DNA of 64,000 nucleotides from Octopus sinensis (lineage: Eukaryota): the NCBI RefSeq assembly GCF_006345805.1, contig NC_043002.1:11842001-11906000 (forward strand), in the 5' to 3' direction. Of the stretch, positions 1 to 13,339 are shown piece by piece; position 1 is the first letter of the stretch; each line of letters starts with the position of its first letter. The notes beneath the pieces were generated by a model, which saw nothing but the letters and a program-made list of their open reading frames with translations, was not told where the DNA came from and made no database searches. The translations under genes and the position numbers were made by a program.

Positions 1-21
1 GCCGTATATAAATAAAACTTA

Positions 22-656
22 AATAATGAGGGTGATAAATTGAATATTAATTTAATTAACATCAATTTAAAACCAGTAGCCTAGCATATACAAAAATCTG
101 AAAATTCAGAAAAATTGTAATACATGCTTATAATAAGAGATGGCCACTAAGTGGACATCCAGTATGCTAGAAGAAGATCACCTACGATCTAACTACAAAG
201 AAAAGAATGTTCCCAAGAGAAATTCAGCAAACACCAGAACATAAGCGGGTAAGACAGATGAAAATATACAAAAATGAAGAATTAATCGTAGACCAGTTTC
301 GTCATTAACAATTTTACTTACGTAATCATCGTCTGTGAACTCTTCAGTACGATCGATCCAATTCAATATAATTTATAGAACTATACACAAGTTGTCCTCA
401 GAAAATTAAGTGTGTGTATAGTTCTACCGATTATATTGGGGTTATTTTCAAAAGTCTAAGTTCTGGCGCGCTAAAACCCGGAAACAGTTCCGCAGTAGAT
501 AATTCACTGCACTTAATGTTGCCGGTTAAAGAACATAATTATTTAAAATTTGAATAATGAGGGTGATAAATTGAATATTAATTTAATTAACATCAATTTA
601 AAACCAGAAGCGTAGCATACAGAAAAATCTGAATATTCAGAAAAATTTTAATACAT
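22..656. mobile_element. AT-rich composite relic with 104-bp direct repeats, probably Penelope-like element (PLE) derived
   Basis: Direct repeats at 22-125 and 553-656 (AATAATGAGGGTGATAAATTGAATATTAATTTAATTAACATCAATTTAAAACCAG...). Between them lie a hammerhead motif (285-353) and a TAGAACTATACACA/TGTGTATAGTTCTA hairpin (~376-426). A (TA)n tract follows. PLE origin is inferred from the HHR. Confidence 0.5.
285..353 (-). ncRNA. Minimal type I hammerhead ribozyme motif, near-intact
   Basis: Minus strand reads ATCGTA-CTGAAGA-G(TTCA...TGA)C-GAAAC-TG-GTC-TACGAT. It has a 6-bp stem I, intact CUGANGA and GAAA cores, a GUC cleavage triplet and a minimal helix III. Confidence 0.7.
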
Positions 657-662
657 ATAAAT

Positions 663-709
<47 letters not shown>

Positions 710-712
<3 letters not shown>

Positions 713-1087
713 TACCGTCAGAAATTAATTAGCACCCTTGATTTGCTCTTCACTCAAGGTATGTGCTGTCACCTAGTGGCCATATCTCGAACTATTGCTT
801 TGTTGCGAGTTCACTGTTGCGCAGAACGATGACGTAACTTTGTTTGCAGAGCAGTTTGAGAGTCTACAGCCTTATGATGTTGACATAGCAGTGCAACAAC
901 AACTTGGAGTGCGGATGCAGACAAATTCCTTTGTTTAATAGATATAGGTAGCGCCTCGCAAGGACCGAAATCACACCATACTAAGTTTTCTCATCGCGTA
1001 AGAAGTTTTGAACAGCTCATAGGTTAATTGATTTAACCTATTTAATGTAGAAATTTGAGAAGTGCTAATTAATTTCTGACGCAAGTG
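710..1087. mobile_element. Non-autonomous Tc1/mariner-type element (MITE), 378 bp
   Basis: 26-bp TIRs at 710-735 (CACTACCGTCAGAAATTAATTAGCAC) and 1062-1087 with 2 mismatches. TA is present on both flanks. Confidence 0.8.
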
Positions 1088-1104
1088 TATGTGTGTGTGT
1101 GTGT

Positions 1105-1158
<54 letters not shown>

Positions 1159-1248
1159 ATGTATATATATGTACCACAATAAGTACATAAATGTGAAACA
1201 AGGCGGGGAAAATAATTCTCGAATACCGGAGGTAGAATTATATGCTTC

Positions 1249-1332
<84 letters not shown>

Positions 1333-1857
1333 CTCACACTATTTATAAAAATATCAACCATCCTTGCCAAACAGACATACAAGACTGGAGGTGAAAAGAA
1401 AAGGTTGGTCATTCTCCTAATATTCTGTATAGATATTTAAATACGATTTCTGATGAAGTTTTGACTAAGCAATACACGCTTTACAAATTCTTTCTGTATA
1501 TATGTTCATATACAATCATGATTTTTAATGAACTTCTAAATAATTATGAATTTAATTTACGACCTAATTTGAACACTTTTATGTAAACTGTATTTAAACA
1601 CAAAGCCCCCCCCCCCTCTTAGCATTTTCTTATCATTGCCAAAGATTCTATTTCTTAACATTTTCTTATCTTTGTCAAAGACTCTATCACTGTATTTTAA
1701 TACATCTATATTAAATTTCTTAACACCGCAAAGCAATGCAAAGGCCTCAAATTTTACTTTTGAAAATCTTTTTATATAAAAACGTGAAACCATTCAAGTC
1801 AATAAACATCTTTAAAAAACCTCTGCATTTTCAAATCCTTTTCCTTATATATATCTA

Positions 1858-2058
1858 TTTTACTCTTTTACCTGTTTCAGTCATTTGCCTGCGGCCATGC
1901 TGAAGCACAGCCTTTAGTCTAGCAAATCGATCACAGGACTTATTCTATCTGTCTTTTTGCCGAACTGCTAAATTACGGGGATGTAAACACACAAACATCG
2001 GTTGTCAAGTGACAGAAACACACACACAGACACACACACACACACACACACACACACA

Positions 2059-2112
<54 letters not shown>

Positions 2113-2240
2113 CATACGACGAGCTTTGGTCGGCTCGAGGCTATGGTATAAGACAATGCCCAAGGTGCCACGCAGTGGGACTGAACCCGGAACCATGTGG
2201 TTGGTATGCAAGCTATTTACCACACAACCACTCCTGCGTC
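1858..2240 (-). mobile_element. SINE family A, full length (tRNA head, CORE-like segment, internal TA/TG microsatellite, (GTAAAAGA)n tail)
   Basis: A-box-like TGGTTGTGTGG and B-box-like GGTTCAGTCCC, followed by CCTTGGGCA. About 12 homologous copies are visible in the window. Confidence 0.85.
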
Positions 2241-2249
2241 TCTCTCTCA

Positions 2250-2308
<59 letters not shown>

Positions 2309-2570
2309 CATATATATATACATACATACATACATACATACATACATACAGAGGCAAACTAATGAGGGTAATATGCAAATACAGATGATTATAACATCGC
2401 TAACGAAGGGAGGACGGAGGCGACATTGATGGTCACGACCAAGATGATCTTGATAATAATGACAACGACGTCGGCCTTGCTCGTGCTGCAGATGTTGGGG
2501 CTGCTGCTGCTGGCATATTTATAATGAACATTTAAATTAGGCTGCAAACAGTTTTTGGTGGTGATTGGAT

Positions 2571-2571
2571 G

Positions 2572-2619
<48 letters not shown>

Positions 2620-2661
2620 TATTATTATTATTATTATCATTATTATTATTGCTTATTATTA

Positions 2662-2694
<33 letters not shown>

Positions 2695-2714
2695 TATTAT
2701 TATTATATTTATGA

Positions 2715-2759
<45 letters not shown>

Positions 2760-2906
2760 TATTATTTATTATTATTATTTATTTATTATTATTATTTATT
2801 ATTTATTATTATTATCATTATTTATCATTATTATTATCTATTTATTATTATTATTATTATTATTTTTGAATTATTATTTATTATTTACTATTATTATTAT
2901 TTATTA

Positions 2907-2945
<39 letters not shown>

Positions 2946-3130
2946 TGTTGTTGTTGTATGTTTACGATGTGGATGTTGCTGGTGTTAGATCTGCTGCTGC
3001 TGCTGTTGCTGCTGAAGATGATGATGATGATTATGATGATGAGGAGGAGGATGCGGGGGCTGGGGACGACGAGGACGGCGATGACGACGGCGGCGGCGGT
3101 GGAGGCGGTGACGATGATGATCTCGATGAT
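2571..3130. repeat. Compound trinucleotide microsatellite (ATC)n-(ATT)n-(GAT/GAC/GGC)n
   Basis: Directly visible. Confidence 0.95.
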
Positions 3131-3994
3131 GAGAATCTCGTTAATTGCGATAGTGCGATTAAGTAATGTGGAATTTGATATGACTTTGACAACAACATAA
3201 TTACAATTATGGAAATTGTTCGTTCACAATTCAGTAACTTTGACTTACCTGAGGCTTCCTGTCAATTAGTAAAAAAGAACGACAAGTCATTACATGCAAG
3301 GTTTTTTTTTGATGGCAGATACGCGTAGAAGAGTTTTCACGCTTCATAGAAAGCGTTGAAATGTCGAAGTATTATATTATATTATACGCGAGACTGAGTC
3401 AAAAGTAAGACATTCTGCCTACACTCGAGACCGATTTATCGTATTTCATATAAGTTATTATTTCCCTGAAGCGTGGTATAAACGTCACGATATACTAGGT
3501 GTAGGAATATCAGAATATCATGTGGGGCTTCATGTTGTTACTATCTCATATTCTGTGGTTTCTTTTCAGCCTCTCCAGTCTTGCAGTATCTATGAGCGAT
3601 CGTGAGATCGGCTTTTGTTACTTTGACTTCGTACTTAACCAACACGATAAGATACATTTAAATACTGGTTTCAGATTTTGGCTCAAGGACAACGATTTCA
3701 GGGGTGAGTTCGATTATATTAACACCAGTGTTCGACTGGTACTCATTTTATCGACCTCGAAATGATGAAGGGCAAAATCGACCTCGGCGGAATTTGAACT
3801 CAGATCGTAAAGACGGGCGAAAAAAATATATATGCTTAAATATCAGACTAATTATGCTTAATGGTGGATCATCTATCAGTCACGAGTATTAATTATTTTG
3901 TGTTTGATTGGATTAATTTCTATTTTTAAAAGTAACGAATAAGCGCACAGAAAAGCACACCTTTAATGCTATTCTCAAACAGAACCCATAAACA

Positions 3995-4255
3995 AGTCAT
4001 CATCATCGTCTTTGTCATCATTGTCATCATCATCATCACCATCACCATCATCATCAATATCATCATCATCATTACCACCACAACCACCACCACCACAATC
4101 CTCCTCCTCCTCCTCACCATCATCATCATCATCATCATCATCATCTACACTGGTAACAGCAACAGCAGCGGCAGATGTAGCACCAACGACATTCACATCG
4201 GAAATATACAACAACAAATAATAAAAACAATAACAATAATAATAATATAATAATA

Positions 4256-4293
<38 letters not shown>

Positions 4294-4316
4294 GCAATAA
4301 TAATAATAATAATAGC

Positions 4317-4349
<33 letters not shown>

Positions 4350-4992
4350 TATAATAATAAGGATAATAATAATGGGGTTACAAAATAAGCACCATTTGAG
4401 CATCTGTACTCGATGTACTCGGATTATCCAGTCTCACTAAGATTATTGATCTTGAACAAAAATTAGGAAGGATTTTATGTACCTAACTTGGACCTTAGTT
4501 TTAAAGGTACAATGTGCATACAGAGAGGAGGAGGTAGAGCTAGCGAGAGAGGGGAAGATTTGGATAGAGAGAGAAAGTGGGGAGGAGGGGAGACGGATAG
4601 AGAGAGATGGGATAGAGAGAGAGAGAGAGAGGAGAGATAGAGAGAGAGAGAGAGAGAGGAGAACGGTAGGGAGAGGGTCAGAGAGAATAGAGAGGGAGGG
4701 GAGGAAGATATAAGGTAAGAGAGGAAGAGAGAGACAGGGAGAGGAAGAAGGGAAAGACGGAGAAATAGAGGGATAAAGAGGAAAAGAGAAAGGGAGGTAG
4801 AGAGAGAGAGAGGAGGAAAAAGTAAGGGAGAAAGAGGAAGAAAGGGAGTTAAAGAGAAGAATAGAGTGGGAGAGAGAGGGAGAGAAATTGAGGGAGAGAG
4901 AAAGGGATAAAGATAGGGAAAGATAGAGGGGAGAAATAGAGGGGTGAAAAAGGCAGACGGACAGAGAAGAATAGAGAGAGGAAGAGAGATAC

Positions 4993-5084
<92 letters not shown>

Positions 5085-5168
5085 GGATTGATAGATAGAT
5101 AGAGAGAGAGAGACAGAGAGAGAGAGAAACAGAGAGAGAAAAAGAAAGAGAGAGAGAGAGAGAGAGAT
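3995..5168. repeat. (ATC)n/(AAT)n arrays, then a GA-rich polypurine tract and (GATA)n
   Basis: Directly visible. (GATA)n lies at ~4993-5100. Confidence 0.95.
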
Positions 5169-5678
5169 TATGGACGCCAATACTGAAATGGCGCGTTACA
5201 GGCTCCAACGGGATGAAAGGCGAAGTTAATTTCGGAGATTTTTGAACTGGAAGCGCAGAGATGTTTCTGCTTAAGTAAAATATCAATTATTAGAATTTCA
5301 TTTCCGCAACGTTCATGGTGGATGAAAAATGAGACTTTGTGTCATAGGTGCGTTTCATAAAGTCTTTAAAACGATATGACGTACTGAAACAATGATAATC
5401 AAAACAGAGCTACGCGATTGACTGCCGGGAATTTACACCACCTCTTCATAATCATTTAATCCGGAGAACGTGAAACGGCAGACATTATATCTTAAGTCTT
5501 TTTATGCGACCCATGTTTAGATAAACTACAGCGTTACATAATCTAAGATATATTTGGGATATACTTGGATCTGTGAAGGATTTTCATTTCAGTTTGCTGC
5601 CGAAGAAAAACCTCGATTATGACAAAATGGTATTAGTATACTATAACACCACAGCCATCTTAGGAAACCCTCTATGAA

Positions 5679-5721
5679 TTGGTAGATGTGTTTCGATCTC
5701 CTTCGTTCTCTTCAGCACCAA
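5679..5721 (-). ncRNA. Decayed minimal hammerhead motif
   Basis: TTGGTG-CTGAAGA-GAAC gaagga GATC-GAAAC-AC-ATC-TACCAA. Stem I has 6 bp and the cores are intact; stems II and III carry mismatches. Confidence 0.5.
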
Positions 5722-6654
5722 ATATCCTTGTTGATAAAAGGAGCAGAGACTCTCCTATTTCATCCAACTCCAACATGTTTATACAGTTACACCGGTGAGT
5801 CCAAGCCTATGCTCTTAACAAGAAAATCGTTAAGCAGTCAGTCGTTTTGTTAGAAATAGTAGCCAAATATATCTCGAATTAAACCTTTGGGGCTTGAAGG
5901 AAGGTAGGTCATGTTAGATAATGCAAAACTCGCTACTCTGTAAACCTGTGATCAAAGGCTTTACTGCTTTTAAAGAGAGGTTTGTGGATTGCGAACAGGG
6001 CCAACTGGACTAAAAGTAATGCGAGTAAAAACATAATTCAGCGTGCTCTGGTTAATAGTATGGACTACAGTGAAGTTAAAGCAGTGTGTGTCACACGCAA
6101 TCATTAAACCGATTAACTTCATGTAATAAATTTGCTTAATCAGCTATAAACTTGAAGAATAATGTGAGATATTTTCTAAGGGATGCTGTTTATGAACGGA
6201 AGGATTTATTGGCGGTGTATTGAAGTTTTGTGTTGAGGGAAAGAAAAGCGAAAGCAGAGGTACAGTAAAATCATTGTGGTTGTCTTCCACATCTTACAAA
6301 TTCAGAAAGGCTGCGTATATCATAATAAATGTATAAGAAAGAGACGAAATATCACGTTCCAGTATTACTGAATACATTAAACTATTTGTGAGATCACGGA
6401 TGCTTTAACTCTTATTTTCATCACTACTATTTGTACAACAAAATATAGCTGTACGTATTGGTCATTACTATATGTAATACACAGTTGTAAACGTCTTGCT
6501 TGAAAATACAATATTTTCGTGAACAGAAAAAAGAATGTATCAGCTAAGTTAATATCAATGAAATTATATCAGCAGCTAAAGCCCCAGTTTAAGTGGCCAT
6601 AGAGTTACTACACATAAAGATATTAATAGTAAATTCTACAAATATATTGTACTT

Positions 6655-7203
6655 TTCTACTCTAGGCACAAGGACCGAAATTTTTGTCGACCTCGGAGGA
6701 ATTTGAACTCAGACTGTAATGACAGACGAAATACCTATTTCTTTACAACCCACAAGGGGCTAAACACAGAGAGGACAAACAAGAACAGAGAAACGGATTA
6801 AGCCGATTACATCAACGCCAGTGCGTAACTGGTACTTATTTAATCGACCCCGAAAGGATGAAAGGCAAAGTCGACCTCGGCGGAAATTGTACTCAGAAAG
6901 TAACGGCAGACGAAATATCGCAAAGCATTTCACCCTGCGTGCTAACGTTTCTTATTTCTTTATTGCCCACAAGTGGCTAAACACAGAGGGGACAAACAAG
7001 GACAGAGAAAGGGATTAAGTCGATTACATCAATGCCAATGCGTACCTGGTACTAAATTTATCGACCCCCGAATGGATGAAAAGCAAAGTCGACCTCAGCG
7101 GAATATAAACTCAGAACATAAAAACAGATGAAATACCTATTTCTTTACTACCCACAAGGGGCTAAACATAGAGGACAAACAAGAACAGACAATCGGATTA
7201 AGT
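6655..7203 (-). mobile_element. SINE family B tandem array (minus strand)
   Basis: Repeated units containing CGACCCCGAAAGGATGAAAGGCAAAGTCGACCTCGGCGGAATTTGAACTCAG and the CCCACAAGGGGCTAAACACAGAG module. Confidence 0.85.
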
Positions 7204-7207
7204 CTTG

Positions 7208-7945
7208 GTTCAAATTCCGCCGATGTCGACTTTGCCTTTCATCCTTTCGGGGTCGATAAATTGAGTACCTGCTACGTTCTGGGGTCGATGTAATCGATTT
7301 AATCCGTTTGTCTGTCCTTCTTTGACCCCTCTATGTTTAGCCCCTTGTGGATAATAAGAAAATAAGAAACGTCAGTACGTCTGGCGAAATGCATCGCGGT
7401 ATTTTGTCCGCCACTGCATTCTGAGTTCAAATTCCGCCGAGGTCGACTTTACCTTTCATCCTTTTGGGGTCGATAAATTAAGCACCAGTGACGCACTGGT
7501 TCGATGTAATCGACTTAATCCGTTTGTCTGACCTTGTTTGTCCTCTCTATGTTTAGCCTCTTGTGGGCAATAAAGATATAGGTATTTCGTCTCTCTTTAT
7601 GTTCTGAGTTCAAATTTCGCCGAGGTCGACTTTGCTTTTCATCCTTTCGGAGTCGATAAATTAAGTACCAGTTGCGTACTGGTGATGATATAATCGACTG
7701 GTCCCCTCTCCAAAAATTGTGGGCCTTGTGCCTAGAGTAGAAAATATTATACGATGAACTTCATAAAGCATCACTCAGTTTCTTATTGCCCTTGTCTGCC
7801 CATGTTTGTCCCCTGTATGTTTAGCCCCTTGTAGGCAATAAAGAAATAAGAAACGTTAGCACACCGGGCAAAATGCTTTGTGGTATTTCGTCTGTCTTTA
7901 GTTCAAATTCCGTCGGGGTCCTCTGACTAAAGTAGAAAAGAAATC
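7208..7945 (+). mobile_element. SINE family B tandem array (plus strand), divergent from the preceding array
   Basis: The same units in plus orientation. Confidence 0.85.
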
Positions 7946-8679
7946 ATGCTGCGGCGTTATATCACTCTATCGGTGCAATCAGTCTACTTTACCTTCTGGT
8001 AGATCATAACAAAAAATCTCCGTAGAGGGTCATTAACGTAAGATGAAGAATTTGAAGCCCCAAAGAACCATACGCCTGGCCTCGTTTATCTTAGATTCAT
8101 TCATCACTGATTTGGGATAACATGGAACGCTCGTAGTGGAGAACTGATCTGTAATAACACGGGCCAACGATGAATCAAAACAGCGCAAAAGCGCATCTCT
8201 TAAAAGAAACCTATTCCTCCAAACCCACTCACCATATGTTCTATAATTCATTTATCACTGATTTCTTTAACACTGGCGTTTTTTTCTAAACAAACAGCCG
8301 TGATAAACGAGGATAGATGTATTACATTTACTTAAATTTTACAGTTCAAACCACAGCTCAGCGCCTCCCTATGAAACAAGATCATCTCAGGTTTCAGTCC
8401 TATATTTTATATAAACTTTCATTATTACGTACGTTTACAATAAAACAATGAAGCAGAAATCCTATCTCATATTCCTCGAAGTGGGTTTAGTTGTGGGAAC
8501 GTGGTGGGGTGGGGTATGTTTGTTTGTTTTTCTTTTTTTTGTGTTGTTTGATTTCTTATTAAGCTGATATGTAAATCTATGTAAATAAGTCGATGCTACT
8601 AGATCTGTTGATAAGGAAATTACAAAAATCAATTATTATTTCAGGTAGCAGTGTCTCTTCGTTGTTCTCTACTCATATT

Positions 8680-9224
8680 GTCTATATAAACACACACACA
8701 CACGCGCGCGCGCACACACACACGCGCGAGCACACACACGCGCGCGCGCGCACACACACATAATAAATGTATGTCTATGTGGATATATATATATATACAT
8801 ATATATGTATATTTATGTGTATGTGTATATATATATATGTCATATATATATATATACACACATATAAATATCGATATATATATACATATACACACACACA
8901 CATATATATATATATGTATATATGACATATATAAATACATACATATATATATACACACACATATATATATGTATATATAAATGATATATATAGTATATAT
9001 AAATATATATATGGTATATATATATATATAAATATAAATATATATATATGAAATATGTATATATGTTTATTTATGTGTATATATCTATATCTTTCTATCT
9101 ATATCTATATCTAATATATATATATATAAATATATATGTATATGTATATATATCTATATATATATATATATATATATGTATATGTATATATATATATATC
9201 TATATATCTATATATATATATATA

Positions 9225-9259
<35 letters not shown>

Positions 9260-9306
9260 CTATATATATATATATATGTATATGTATATGTATATATATC
9301 TATATA

Positions 9307-9367
<61 letters not shown>

Positions 9368-10242
9368 TTATATACGTATGCATGTATCTATATATATATG
9401 TAATATACCTTTGTATGAATGAATCTATGTGAATGTATAAATTGCGTGCGGGTGTTTGTTGTACCAATCCAAATATAATGGTATATATTAAAAAGAAAAA
9501 ACAAAAACAAAATCACAAAAAAACAACAACAACAACCAACCAAAGCCTTATCACCGACTACTTGTGACTCCAGGCACTGATCTACGCCTCGCGTTAAAGT
9601 GCAGCGTAGTGATGTTTGCAATTAAACTTTTATCATATTATTTGGTATTCTTCATTTGTTTTTCGGCAATCTAGACAAAATTCAAATTATTTATCACTTT
9701 CATCCACATAATTTTAGCTTCCTCAATTATCTAATCTACTGTGAAGTGCTAAATTGCAAAGATTTTTGTCATATGTATACATTATATATTATATATTATA
9801 TATACAATTACATATATGTAGACACACATGCCTGTACATATGCATATATGTTCGTATATCATACATATGTATATATATATATTCGTATATCATACATATA
9901 TATGTGTGTGTATATACATATATATATATATATACATATATATATATGTGAAGATATATATATGTGTATGTATATCTATCTATCTATCTATCAATCTATC
10001 TATCTATATATATATATATGTATGTATATATATGCATATGTATGTATATGTATATATATATATGTGTATATATATATATATAAATATATGTATATATGTG
10101 TATATATAGGTATTTACTCACGTATTGATACATCAAGTATTTTACAAAGATGGGCATATATAATACACATACGCAATACATGTATGTACGCGCACACACA
10201 CAAACACACAAGCCTTATACACGACTGTGTATTCACTCATTT

Positions 10243-10300
<58 letters not shown>

Positions 10301-10570
10301 TATATATACACACACATATATATATACATATATATATATGCATATACATACATATATATATCGCGTCATAGATTTGTACACATATACAAGAAGAATATCT
10401 CATTATGCACGCAGACCTAAGAATCTGTGTGGTTTTTGCATATATCTTAATGAATTAGAGTGTATCGATATGACCAACTATAGACATTCTGATAGGCACA
10501 CGCACAGACGCACAAACACACACATATATATATACACGCACACACACAAACACACACGTTTTGTGTACAG
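8680..10570. repeat. (CA)/(CG)/(TA)/(TATG) microsatellite-rich region
   Basis: Directly visible, with a short unique spacer at ~9430-9760. Confidence 0.9.
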
Positions 10571-10735
10571 GCAGAGTGTACTAATATGGTATGTACAAGA
10601 ACACGTATCTCACATACAGACAGTAATCTGCGTGTAATGTATGCAGATGAGTATGACCAGCTTCGGTATAACATGACGCTAACGCATTTCACGTTGGATT
10701 CCTCAGCCTCGTTCTTTCATTATATCTAGTGAGAT

Positions 10736-11441
10736 GGTGGCGAGCTGGCAGAAACGTTAGCACGCCGGGCGAAAATGCTTTGCGGTATTTCGTCTGCCGC
10801 TACGTTCTGAGTTCAAATTCCGTCGCGGTCGACTTTGCCTTTCATCCTTTCGGGGTCGATTAAATAAGTACCAGTTACGCACTAGGGTCGATATAATAGA
10901 CATAATCCGTTTGTCTGTCCTTGTTTGTCCTATCTGTGTTTAGCCCCTTGTAGGTAGTAAAGAAATTGGTATTTCATTGGTATTTCATCTGCCGTTACGT
11001 TCTGACTTCAAATTCCGCCGAGGTCGACTCGGGATGGATTAAATAAATACCAGTTGCGCACTGGGGTTTGATGTAATCGACTTAATCCATGTGGCTGTCC
11101 TTGTTTGTCCCCCCTGTGGGTAGTAAAAAAAAGGTATTTCGTCTGTCTTTACGTTCCGAGTTCAAATTCCGCCAAAGTCGACTTTGCCTTTCATCCTTTC
11201 GAGGTCGATAAATTAAGTACCAGTTGCGTACCGGTTTCGATCTAATTGACCGTCCCCCTCCCCAAAAATTTCGAGCTCTATGCCTAGTGTAGAAAAGAAA
11301 CGTTAGCACGCCGGGTGAAATGCTTAGGGGTATTTCGTCTGTCTTTATGTTCTGAGTTCAAATTCCACCGAGGTCGACTTTGCGTTTCCTTATTTCAGGG
11401 TCGAAAAATTAAGTACCAGTTGCGTACTGGAATCGATCCCC
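10736..11441 (+). mobile_element. SINE family B, head plus concatenated units
   Basis: Head GGCGAGCTGGCAGAAACGTTAGCACGCCGGGCGAAA (A-box-like) and B-box-like GAGTTCAAATTCC. Units are repeated. Confidence 0.85.
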
Positions 11442-11844
11442 AAGTTTCATAGGACCGAGTATCCGATTTCCATTGCGTGTAATTGACTGAATGGAACATC
11501 GGTTTCTTTGAGGGTTTAAGGCCAGAAATAGCCAAGGGAGGGGATATTGTTATATATACAAAGTTGAAAAGGAACACTCGAGTTGATACATAGGTAAAAA
11601 AAGTCAAGGTAGAAAATGCTAAAATAATTTTATAAAAAAACATTTCAGTACCGGTTTCAGCCATTGAGATTTTTTCAACAGTAAGTCTGGAAAACAATAA
11701 AAGTTTGGAAAAATTAAAAGAAAAGTTTTTTAAAAGAATATTTGCATAGTATTCAAATACATGGGCCATTTTCCTTGTTTCTGCCTGTCTCTGTCTCTCT
11801 TGTTTACTCTTGTGGGTTCGAGGTCATTGTGAATTCTTGGCAGG

Positions 11845-12005
11845 GAAGAAGAAGAAGAAGAAGAAGGAGAAGAAGAAGAAGAAGAAGAAGAAGAAGAAGA
11901 AGAAGAAGAGAAGAAGAAGAAGAAGAAGAAGAAGAAGAAGAAGAAGAAGAAGAACAAAAAGGAGGAGGAGAAGAAGAACAAAAAGGAGGAGGAGGAGAAT
12001 AAGAA
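11845..12005. repeat. (GAA)n microsatellite
   Basis: Directly visible. Confidence 0.95.
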
Positions 12006-12179
12006 GTTGAATTGTTACAAAAGGTGTGCCTCCTTCACACGGCCAGAATAATCACGTAGGGATTAGGTAGTTGAAAAGAACGGATAGCATGGTACCGAAG
12101 GCTGCAGGTAGGAAGCCGGCTACGCATTCAAGTCTCCAGGAGTTCCAACAAAACCTGTGAGAAAGAGAAAGTAATAAGA

Positions 12180-12805
12180 ATCATGATGTAGTGCCTGAAT
12201 GCTCTGATGTAGCACGATATGCTTTGATGCAATACTCAGTGCTCTGATGCAGTACCAGGCAGTGGCTCTCATGGCTTCTGATCTTAACTGATTGGAAGTG
12301 TTATCATGTACATTGTTTTGTTTTGGTATAAAAGATGGGCTACAGCAAATATTCTGCTCAATACCACAGATTTGCTTGTCAGTTGTTTGACCTTAACCAG
12401 TTGACCATGTCCCTTAGTGGCTGACGATATGTGCATCTCAGATCACGAGCAGAAGTAGTGGGGGAGCATCATATCCATGAGAGAGATTCTTTGGGGTTTT
12501 AATAATTCACCTTTGGAAACAAGGGTGTTTCGTTCAACGTCATTATACATCCCTTATCAAGAGACCTTTTGAGTAAGATTGGCTACTTGATCTGAAGAAA
12601 ATTCTACTTGGGCCCCACCTGCAAGGTCATGCGCTGGTTAACTTTTTTGAGACCACTCTGTCGCGCACATATGGTTGTGATGCATGTGCCTGGTGTACCC
12701 TTATCAGACGGGTAGTCATGATCGGTATCCTGGGCTTCGTATATTTTACCCCAGTATCACTTTGATGGCATGAACTGCTCTCTCACTCAATAATAATAAT
12801 AATAA
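12180..12805. mobile_element. Probable interspersed repeat ending in (AAT)n, unclassified
   Basis: Higher-GC block that starts with ~21-bp degenerate repeats (GCTCTGATGTAGCAC/GCTTTGATGCAATAC/GCTCTGATGCAGTAC) and ends CTCTCTCACTC(AAT)n. I recall it as a common octopus repeat but could not verify this. Confidence 0.35.
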
Positions 12806-12807
12806 TC

Positions 12808-13240
12808 CTTTCTACTGGAAGCACAAGGCCTCAGATTTGGGAGAAAAGATTAAGTCGATTACATCGACCCCAGTGCGTAACTGCTATTTGTTTAATCGAT
12901 CCCGAAAGGATGAAAGGCAAAGTCGACCTTGCCGGAATTTGAACTCAGAACGCAGCGGCAGATGAAATATCTATTTCTTTACTACCCACAAGGGGCTAAA
13001 CACAGAGAGGACAAACAAGGACAGACAAACGGACTAAGTCGATGATATCGGCCCCAGTGCGTAACTGGTACTTATTTAATCGAGTCCGAAAGGATGAAAG
13101 GCGACTTCGGCGGAATTTGAACTGAGAACGTAACGGCAGACGAAATACTGCTAAGTATTTCGCCCGGCGTGCTAACGATTCTGGAAGCTCAGCACACTAC
13201 TACTACTACTTCTACTACTACTAGTAGTAGTAGTAGTAGC

Positions 13241-13280
<40 letters not shown>

Positions 13281-13291
13281 CCACTAATAAT

Positions 13292-13339
<48 letters not shown>

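Noticed and set aside
1462-1490. CTGATGA-AGT tttg ACT hammerhead-like half
   Set aside because: No GAAA core and no stem I partner.
8233-8285. 53-bp exon-like segment on the minus strand with a TTTGTTTAG acceptor and GTGAGT donor
   Set aside because: All three frames contain stops and there are no neighbouring exons. It could be a UTR exon or chance; RNA-seq would be needed.
10675-10712. Minus-strand CTGAGGA...GAAAT-GC-GTT
   Set aside because: Stem I does not pair and stem II is weak, so it is compatible with chance.
11641-11690. GAAACCGGTA half-sites (also 15391-15400 and ~42435-42455)
   Set aside because: The CUGANGA core is mutated or missing and stem I is not adjacent. They may be old HHR relics but are not supportable individually.
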